A stretch of 64,000 bases of DNA from a virus, in UHGV virus genome UHGV-0021337. One strand, written 5' to 3'. Numbering within the stretch: position 1 is the stretch's first letter; each line of letters opens with the position of its first letter. Below the pieces are notes generated by a model. That model was not told the DNA's origin. It ran no database searches and worked only from the letters and a program-made list of their open reading frames with translations. The translations under genes were made by a program, and so were the position numbers. Below, piece after piece: positions 57,679 to 64,000 of the stretch.

Positions 57679-58053
57679 ATGTATCAGATTTCAACTAACA
57701 ACATAATATCTCTTAGTAGAGGTGATTCTTTTATTGTTCCTCTATTCATAAACCTTGGCTCAAGATGTAAGTTAATACGGTATAACTTAAATACGCATAA
57801 ACAGTTTGAACTATACTTAGGTGTTATGGAAGCTAACCAAAAGTTTGAAGATGCTGTTATACGTAAGAAGTGGACCTATGATACAGGGCTTATAAATCAA
57901 TTCGGAGACTTAATGATTACGTTAACTTCCGATGACACTATTTTACTACACCCTGGTAAGTATTACTATCAAATAAAAATGAAATATCAAACAAAAGATG
58001 GAGAAAAAATAACTTCAGTTACTCCATCAACAGAGTTCTGGGTTTTAGATTAA
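57679..58053 (+). CDS. hypothetical virion-associated protein
   Basis: RBS tgagga before the ATG at 57679. Confidence 0.45.
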   Translation: MYQISTNNIISLSRGDSFIVPLFINLGSRCKLIRYNLNTHKQFELYLGVMEANQKFEDAVIRKKWTYDTGLINQFGDLMITLTSDDTILLHPGKYYYQIKMKYQTKDGEKITSVTPSTEFWVLD

Positions 58054-58062
58054 GGAGTTATA

Positions 58063-58611
58063 ATGGACTATATATATGGCAGTATAGATGCGGGCAATAT
58101 CGACTACATTGGATTGTCAAGTGACACAGCTGATGTTTTGGTTGATAATGAAGCTCGAACAATAAAATGTAATGTTCACGACGATGCAGGGTTTGACATT
58201 AGAAAAACTTTGCCAAAAGACGAGCAAGGAAAGTATATTACTGGAGACTACAAATTGACTGTAACAATAATGAATAACGTTCCGACATTTGTTTGGACCC
58301 CAGTTGGAGAAGGTCATGTTTACTATGGCGTAACAGACGCAGATGTTGTGAGTAGTTTTATTGTAACATCTTTGACTGACATAGGCTCAGGTAAACCGAC
58401 GTTTGAACTTGTGTTTGAACCTGTTAAACAAAAATCTGTTTTTGCATACCCTCAAGCGTTAGGCAGACTTTCTAGCATTAGACATAAAGAAACAGGGCTA
58501 GAAGTTTTGTCTGGTTGGGACATAACTACAACACAAGTTAATGATACTCCTTATTATGTGTATTCAACAACAAAAAGTACTGGTAGATACACATATATAT
58601 TCACATTTTAA
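58063..58611 (+). CDS. hypothetical protein
   Basis: RBS taaggag. Confidence 0.45.
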   Translation: MDYIYGSIDAGNIDYIGLSSDTADVLVDNEARTIKCNVHDDAGFDIRKTLPKDEQGKYITGDYKLTVTIMNNVPTFVWTPVGEGHVYYGVTDADVVSSFIVTSLTDIGSGKPTFELVFEPVKQKSVFAYPQALGRLSSIRHKETGLEVLSGWDITTTQVNDTPYYVYSTTKSTGRYTYIFTF

Positions 58612-58634
58612 CTAAACTCTTAAGGAGATTCTAA

Positions 58635-60677
58635 GTGGCAAGTAATTTTATTGACTTTCAATTTGGATTCAAAGTTCTTGCATCTAACGCTCTAGACTAT
58701 CGTTATGTTGGAGAAACAAAAGAGTTTCTAAACGAATTGATTGATTTAGATGCGGCATATGAAGGTCTTAGAGTATTCATAAAAGACGAAAACGAATACT
58801 ACGCTTACATAAAAAATGCTGATGGTGTTTATCAATTCGTTCTTGATAAAGGACCAGTTGGTCCTACAGGCCCGACAGGTCCTCAAGGCATTCAAGGACC
58901 AACTGGTCCTCAAGGTATCCAAGGCGAACAAGGTCCTGTAGGTTTACAAGGACCTCAAGGACCTAAAGGCGAGCAAGGAGAAAAAGGTCTAATCGGGCCC
59001 AGAGGTCTGCAAGGACCTGCCGGAGATACAGGTCCTAAAGGTGAACAAGGCAGTGTAGGTCCACAAGGACCTCAAGGCGTGGCTGGTAATAACGGTAGAG
59101 ACGGTGTAACCGGACCTAGAGGTTTACAGGGCGACACAGGACCGCAAGGTCCACAAGGAGATACAGGCCCACAAGGACCTCAAGGTCCAAGAGGTGAACG
59201 AGGACTTCAAGGTATTCAGGGTGAGACTGGTAAAGAAGGTCCTGAAGGCCCACAAGGCATTCAAGGCGCTACAGGACCAAAAGGTGCAGATGGTAAAGAT
59301 GGTACAAGCATAAATGTACAAGCTACAAAAGCACAATGCACAAAATCTGGGGACGGATATATAGCCGACGGAACTGACGCTCGACCTGGAATTGTGGGAC
59401 ATCTATACATATTTGTAACAGACACTGAATTCACAGATGCTGGTCAGATTCAAGGTCCTAAAGGCGATACTGGGGCTACTGGTGAACAAGGACCGAGAGG
59501 ACTTCAAGGCGAGCAAGGTGCGTACATAACAAAAATAGAAACAGGAGATGTTCAAACTTCTGCAGATTATACACTTACTCCTGTTACTGTTTCGTATAGT
59601 AATAATCTGCAAGATAACTTTACAATAAGCGCAGCGAATGGGGTTGACGGAATAAGAGGTGCAACAGGCGCGACCGGTGCAACACTTATTCCTCAAGTTA
59701 ATGAAACTACTACTCTATCTCCTGGAGAGGCTGCTACGGTGTCTGTTGATACTATAACAAATCCTTCAAAAGCTATGTTTACGTTTGGCATACCCAAAGG
59801 AGATACAGGACCGCAAGGTCCACAAGGTATTCAAGGACCTAAGGGAGATCAAGGTATTCAAGGAGATACAGGCCCTAAAGGAGACACTGGAAACCCTGCG
59901 TACAATCTGTCATTTCCTGTGTTTAAAGGAAGAGCAGACTCAGTACATGGAATTTATGCCTCAAGTCAACTTCCACAAGTCACTGCAACGGCAAATGCTC
60001 CAAAAGGTGACTTAACACCCGAAGGAAAACAGAACGTATACTTAACGTATGAGTTCGAGAATATAATTGGTAATGGTGTAGAGAAAGTTACTGAGTCCGC
60101 AAACCCTGACGATTTGCTTGGTACAGACTACACGCTTAAATTTTTCGGACCGCTAGATATCAACTCTGAGGATGATCCAAACTACCACGAAGAAATTTTT
60201 GATGACCCTAGTAAGAAGAATATCTATACATACACCCTTCATGTTCGAAACGGTGCAAGTTTGAAAAAAATAACTCCTACAAACTTAATTAACTTTCCTA
60301 CTGACTCTTATGCGTATGTTGTAAACAATACAGTATTAACAGGAGCTACAGAAGAGGGAACTACAGGACCGTCGTTTAATTCTCCTTTAATTGTTTTGAC
60401 CGATGATGTAGGTAAATCATCTATTGCTCTTGATACAACAGGCACAACAAAATCATTAAGCTTTAATTACAATACTGAAAAGTTTAACACAGAAACAGGA
60501 AGGTTGCCCGTAAGTGCAAAAATCACGCTACCTGCTGTTTATGCTACTTCTGGAACAAGCTCTTTAACAGTTCCTGTCGACATAACAGCTAAAAATCAGT
60601 TCTACATACGTAATATGCTAGGTAACTTCCAAAAAATCGATATGAGTCTTGATGACGGCATTCTTGAACTCGACTAA
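58635..60677 (+). CDS. collagen-like tail fibre protein
   Basis: GTG start with RBS aaggag. More than 60 G-X-Y triplets ([19 protein letters not shown]...). A second G-X-Y block lies at aa ~395-415. Confidence 0.7.
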   Translation: MASNFIDFQFGFKVLASNALDYRYVGETKEFLNELIDLDAAYEGLRVFIKDENEYYAYIKNADGVYQFVLDKGPVGPTGPTGPQGIQGPTGPQGIQGEQGPVGLQGPQGPKGEQGEKGLIGPRGLQGPAGDTGPKGEQGSVGPQGPQGVAGNNGRDGVTGPRGLQGDTGPQGPQGDTGPQGPQGPRGERGLQGIQGETGKEGPEGPQGIQGATGPKGADGKDGTSINVQATKAQCTKSGDGYIADGTDARPGIVGHLYIFVTDTEFTDAGQIQGPKGDTGATGEQGPRGLQGEQGAYITKIETGDVQTSADYTLTPVTVSYSNNLQDNFTISAANGVDGIRGATGATGATLIPQVNETTTLSPGEAATVSVDTITNPSKAMFTFGIPKGDTGPQGPQGIQGPKGDQGIQGDTGPKGDTGNPAYNLSFPVFKGRADSVHGIYASSQLPQVTATANAPKGDLTPEGKQNVYLTYEFENIIGNGVEKVTESANPDDLLGTDYTLKFFGPLDINSEDDPNYHEEIFDDPSKKNIYTYTLHVRNGASLKKITPTNLINFPTDSYAYVVNNTVLTGATEEGTTGPSFNSPLIVLTDDVGKSSIALDTTGTTKSLSFNYNTEKFNTETGRLPVSAKITLPAVYATSGTSSLTVPVDITAKNQFYIRNMLGNFQKIDMSLDDGILELD

Positions 60678-60698
60678 ATACAGACGAAAAACTTAAAT

Positions 60699-60735
60699 GA
60701 GAGCTTACTAGAAGTAGTAAGCTCTTTTATTTTAT
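60699..60735 (+). terminator. rho-independent terminator
   Basis: gagagcttactagaagtagtaagctcttttatttt. Confidence 0.6.
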
Positions 60736-60837
60736 TATTTTTAAATTATTATTACTAAATTATTATATAAATCATATTTCGTCGTATTCTTTCATAATAG
60801 AGCAAGAGATATGAAATAATAAGATAAGGAATATCAC

Positions 60838-61272
60838 ATGTCTCCGATAGTCACAATATTACTAACATCAGGCCTAGGAACATTACTAGCACTGATTGTT
60901 ACCAGTATTTATAACTGGGTGAAAGATAAACGACACGTTGGCGGTAAGAAGTTGAGCGCCAGATTTGACGCAATAACTGACAGTTTAGACTCATTGAATA
61001 AAAAAATTGATGACGTTAAAGTGACGGTTGAAAAGTCACAGGAACACGTTACTGAAACAACAGATAAGGCATTGCAAGCATTGTTAAGAAATAAACTTTA
61101 TGAAATTTATGATACGTGGGTGCCTAAAAAATATGCTCCAACAGACGCGAAAGAAAATTTTGAAAACTTATATCAAAGATATCATATATTAGGAAAAAAT
61201 GGTGTAATGGATGAAAAACGAAAAGTGTTCATGCAATTACCAGATATAAAGAAAAAGACGGAGGCTAAATAA
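60838..61272 (+). CDS. membrane protein (N-terminal TM) with a coiled-coil
   Basis: RBS aaggaat. Confidence 0.45.
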   Translation: MSPIVTILLTSGLGTLLALIVTSIYNWVKDKRHVGGKKLSARFDAITDSLDSLNKKIDDVKVTVEKSQEHVTETTDKALQALLRNKLYEIYDTWVPKKYAPTDAKENFENLYQRYHILGKNGVMDEKRKVFMQLPDIKKKTEAK

Positions 61273-61601
61273 TGAACTGGTTAGAAACTACACAAGGTAT
61301 TATAACTTTAATTTCGAGTGGTGTTGTGTTGTTAGGCACGCTAATAGGTTTAGGTGTAAACTTATACAAAGCTATAAAAGAACTTGTTAAAAACAAAGAT
61401 TGGGCAAAGATTATTAAAATTGCAGACGCGGCAATGATTGCAGCAGAAGCAGCTGGAAAGTCTGGTACAGATAAAAAGGCAATGGTTATTGAAGCAGTAG
61501 AAGCTGGGTGCAAGGAACTTGGAATAACTGTTGACTTAACACAGTTAAGTACTTATATTGATGAATGTATTGCATTCGCAAATAAGCTTAACAAGAAATA
61601 A
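61272..61601 (+). CDS. holin-like small membrane protein (resembles the LL-H holin family)
   Basis: N-terminal TM helix. IADAAMIAAEAAGKSGTDKKAMVIEAVEAG segment. Confidence 0.45.
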   Translation: MNWLETTQGIITLISSGVVLLGTLIGLGVNLYKAIKELVKNKDWAKIIKIADAAMIAAEAAGKSGTDKKAMVIEAVEAGCKELGITVDLTQLSTYIDECIAFANKLNKK

Positions 61602-61620
61602 ACTCTCATAAGGATTCTAG

Positions 61621-63681
61621 TTGTCAATGACAAAAGAATTTGAAAAACTAAATATCAAAGGACTAGAAGACCTTAATCAACTCGATGAGAAGTCGCGTAA
61701 ATTAGCCCTTGACATTCTTAAAGAGTATTCGGATACCGGGTACTCTGAAACTATGAATAAAATAGTCTATGATGACTATAAAGAAATTCCTGTTGACATT
61801 GAAACATTCTTACACGACCCAACATATCTTGGTAAGGGTTTAGTTAATCAAGAAGGAAAATTTACCGTGTTTCCTTACTGGGTTGATGTTTTGAAAAAGA
61901 TATTTCCAGATAATGTAACAACCGCTTATAGAACTCTTGTTTTATCAGGAGCTATTGGTCTTGGTAAATCCTTTGTTGCAGTATTATGCATACTATATCA
62001 GCTGTATAGAATGTTATGTTTGAAAGACCCTTATTTACATTATGGGTTACAACCGATTGACAAAATAACATTTTCTGTAATGAACATAACTATGGAAGCA
62101 GCGAAAGGTGTTGCTTGGGACAAATTACAGCAACTTGTTCAATCCAGTCCTTGGTTTATGGCTCATGGAAGAGTTTCTGGTAGGGATACGTTAGAATGGC
62201 AACCATTACCAGGCATTGAACTTATATATGGTTCTCAACCTCGACACGTTATAGGTCGTGCTGTATTTTCTTCTTTTGAGGATGAAATTTCATTTCAGCT
62301 TAATCAAGATGTAGAGAAGCAAAAAGAAAAAGCAACACTTCTAATAAGCTCAATTGATGCTCGTATGCAGTCAAGATTTATGAAAGGTGAATATTTACCT
62401 ACATTGCACATACTTGCATCGTCAAAAAGGACTGACCAGTCATTTCTAGAAAGTTACATCGAGAATAAAAAGAAGAACGAAAGTAAAACTACACTTATAA
62501 TCGATGAACCACAATGGGTAATCAGAACCGACAAAGATAGTCCAAATAAATTCTATGTTGCTGTTGGCAACAAGTTTATGGATTCTGAAGTTCTGCCGTT
62601 AGATGTAAGTGACGCAGACTTAAAAATTTATACAGATAAAGGCTATACGTTACTTCGTGTACCTATGGGATACAGAGAACAATTTGTTGATGATATTGAT
62701 ATCGCATTAACAGACATCGCAGGTATATCAACATCAAATACAATGCGTTATTTATCTGGACCAAGAATACTTGAAGTAAAAGATAGAACTCTGAAAAATC
62801 CGTTTTCAAAAGACATAATAACTGTTGGAGACGGACTTGAAGATAACACACAGTATAGTGATTTCTTCGATATGAATAATGTCGATAAGTCGCTCATGTC
62901 ACACCCGTTGTTTATACATCTAGATATGTCTATATCGGGAGATAAAACTGGTATTGCAGGTGTTTGGATAAAAGGTAAGAAGCCTACAAAAGAAGGACAA
63001 GCTCCATCAAAAGAACTATATTTCCAACTTGCATTCAGCGTAGCAATAAAAGCGCCTAAAGGACATCAGATATCTTTTGAAAAGAATCGTGAGTTTATAC
63101 GCTGGCTGCGAAGTGTAGGATTTAATATAGCAGGAGTATCCAGCGATACATTCCAAAGTGCTCAAATACAGCAACAACTAAAAGCAGAACAGTTTAATTG
63201 CTCTATTATATCCGTTGACCGTGTAGATGCTGAAAGCAGAGTTTGCTTACCTTATCAATATCTGAAGTCAACTATCTATGAACACCGTATAATAATATAT
63301 GACTCTAACTTACTAACTGAAGAGTGGGTAGGACTTGTTCGCGATAATAATGGTCGTGTAGATCATGACCCCAGTGGAATAAATTCGAAAGATACAAGTG
63401 ACGCTGTTTGCGGAGCACTATTCAATGCCTCAAAAAACGCAGAACAGTTTGCATTTGACTTTGGTGAAGACTTAGATGAAATAGTAAGTCATAATGCGAC
63501 AGACGAACGGCAACAAGTAACAATACAACTCGAAGATGAGATGAAGAACTTACTTGACCCTGTTCAAAAATCAAAGAAAGAGCCAGAAAAAAGTCCATTC
63601 AAAGATTTCGGATTTGGAGCTGCTCAACAAACTGGATTCAATCCATATATCTCGCAAGGGATTATGTATTGGGGAGACTAA
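61621..63681 (+). CDS. terL: terminase large subunit
   Basis: Walker A GAIGLGKSF. Walker B / DE box FSSFEDEIS. C-terminal nuclease-like acidic motifs. Position upstream of the portal-like gene. The start may be the TTG at 61621 or the ATG at 61627. Confidence 0.7.
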   Translation: MSMTKEFEKLNIKGLEDLNQLDEKSRKLALDILKEYSDTGYSETMNKIVYDDYKEIPVDIETFLHDPTYLGKGLVNQEGKFTVFPYWVDVLKKIFPDNVTTAYRTLVLSGAIGLGKSFVAVLCILYQLYRMLCLKDPYLHYGLQPIDKITFSVMNITMEAAKGVAWDKLQQLVQSSPWFMAHGRVSGRDTLEWQPLPGIELIYGSQPRHVIGRAVFSSFEDEISFQLNQDVEKQKEKATLLISSIDARMQSRFMKGEYLPTLHILASSKRTDQSFLESYIENKKKNESKTTLIIDEPQWVIRTDKDSPNKFYVAVGNKFMDSEVLPLDVSDADLKIYTDKGYTLLRVPMGYREQFVDDIDIALTDIAGISTSNTMRYLSGPRILEVKDRTLKNPFSKDIITVGDGLEDNTQYSDFFDMNNVDKSLMSHPLFIHLDMSISGDKTGIAGVWIKGKKPTKEGQAPSKELYFQLAFSVAIKAPKGHQISFEKNREFIRWLRSVGFNIAGVSSDTFQSAQIQQQLKAEQFNCSIISVDRVDAESRVCLPYQYLKSTIYEHRIIIYDSNLLTEEWVGLVRDNNGRVDHDPSGINSKDTSDAVCGALFNASKNAEQFAFDFGEDLDEIVSHNATDERQQVTIQLEDEMKNLLDPVQKSKKEPEKSPFKDFGFGAAQQTGFNPYISQGIMYWGD

Positions 63682-63684
63682 CAC

Positions 63685-64000
63685 ATGGATAATATAAATC
63701 AAACAGACACAGCTTTTGTACAAGATGACTCTGTCTATAATAAGAAAATAGAGGTACAACCTGCTCCAAAACTTGAGATAGGTGCTGATACTGAAAATAA
63801 ATTCTTCGACAATATTATACAAGCTGGACTATCTAACAAACTAGATTTATCCACTTTGGAAAACTTTACAACAGTTTCTCAACGTCGTGATCAACTTTAC
63901 AGTTTGATAGACACTATGTGTCAAGACTCTACAATTGCAGCGATACTTGAAACATACGCAGAAGATGCAACTGAGTATAATGATTCTCAACAAATAGTTT
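63685..64000 (+). CDS. portal protein (N-terminal fragment, continues beyond the window)
   Basis: RBS ggggag. Open frame to the window end. Position immediately after terL. Confidence 0.45.
   Translation, partial: MDNINQTDTAFVQDDSVYNKKIEVQPAPKLEIGADTENKFFDNIIQAGLSNKLDLSTLENFTTVSQRRDQLYSLIDTMCQDSTIAAILETYAEDATEYNDSQQIV

Noticed and set aside
58860-59340. CRISPR-like or tandem DNA repeats
   Set aside because: The periodicity is a 9-nt coding repeat encoding collagen G-X-Y triplets inside a continuous 680-aa ORF, not a repeat-spacer array.
1123-59696. Minus-strand ORFs nested inside + strand genes (e.g. 1123..1311, 6964..7332, 18165..18541, 26352..26823, 32084..33325, 34142..34390, 42491..42862, 52726..53170, 54197..54676, 55015..55566, 59124..59696)
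   Set aside because: They are fully contained in longer, well-supported + strand genes and have low-complexity, compositionally biased translations. These are shadow ORFs. The ORF at 55015..55566 falls in the GC-rich island, where antisense ORFs are expected by chance.
14920-60015. Alternative-frame + strand ORFs inside genes (9788..9973, 14920..15111, 24410..24598, 38944..39156, 47207..47398, 49293..49475, 56617..56896, 57089..57286, 59785..60015)
   Set aside because: They are embedded in a different frame of stronger genes and lack RBS or coupling signals.
1-64000. Stop-codon recoding or suppressor tRNA (as in some crAss-like or jumbo phages)
   Set aside because: No tRNA with CTA, TCA or TTA anticodon was found. 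Long structural ORFs (1035, 1161 and 772 aa) are intact under the standard code.

Overview
Phage genome segment, AT-rich at roughly 35% GC, with genes packed almost entirely on the + strand and frequent start/stop overlaps. Hairpin plus T-run terminators separate transcription units. Read from the sequence, the layout is:
(1) 1-3700: a tRNA cluster with 8 complete tRNAs (Gly-TCC, Leu-TAG, His-GTG, Gln-TTG, Ser-GCT, Thr-TGT, Asp-GTC, initiator-like Met-CAT), one partial tRNA at the window edge, several ~50-nt tRNA-like minihelices, and small ORFs behind canonical TTGATT-N17-TATAAT promoters.
(2) 3.7-17.9 kb: an early-like block of about 35 small genes. It includes a P-loop kinase fused to an HD phosphohydrolase, a 600-aa protein carrying a complete Cu/Zn superoxide dismutase domain, a membrane HExxH protein, a KH-domain protein, many small Cys-rich proteins, and a YafQ/RelE-type RNase toxin domain fused to a minimal nucleotidyltransferase with a small overlapping upstream ORF.
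(3) 18-39.2 kb: a structural block holding an FN3-repeat protein, four consecutive very acidic proteins, and four paralogous tail-fibre/tailspike genes with a HylP-like N-terminal motif. Two of these share a near-duplicate central domain.
(4) 39.6-52.1 kb: small genes, a lipoprotein, a glutaredoxin-like gene, NrdD, a beta-class DNA methyltransferase and NrdG.
(5) 52.2-60.7 kb: further tail-fibre genes, one with collagen GXY repeats, interrupted by a GC-rich membrane-protein gene and an inverted minus-strand glycosyltransferase-TPR module.
(6) 60.8-64 kb: a holin-like gene, the terminase large subunit and the start of a portal-like gene.
No CRISPR array, integrase or suppressor tRNA is visible. 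Functional calls rest on motifs I could read in the translations, with no database search. Coordinates I derived by hand may be off by ±1.
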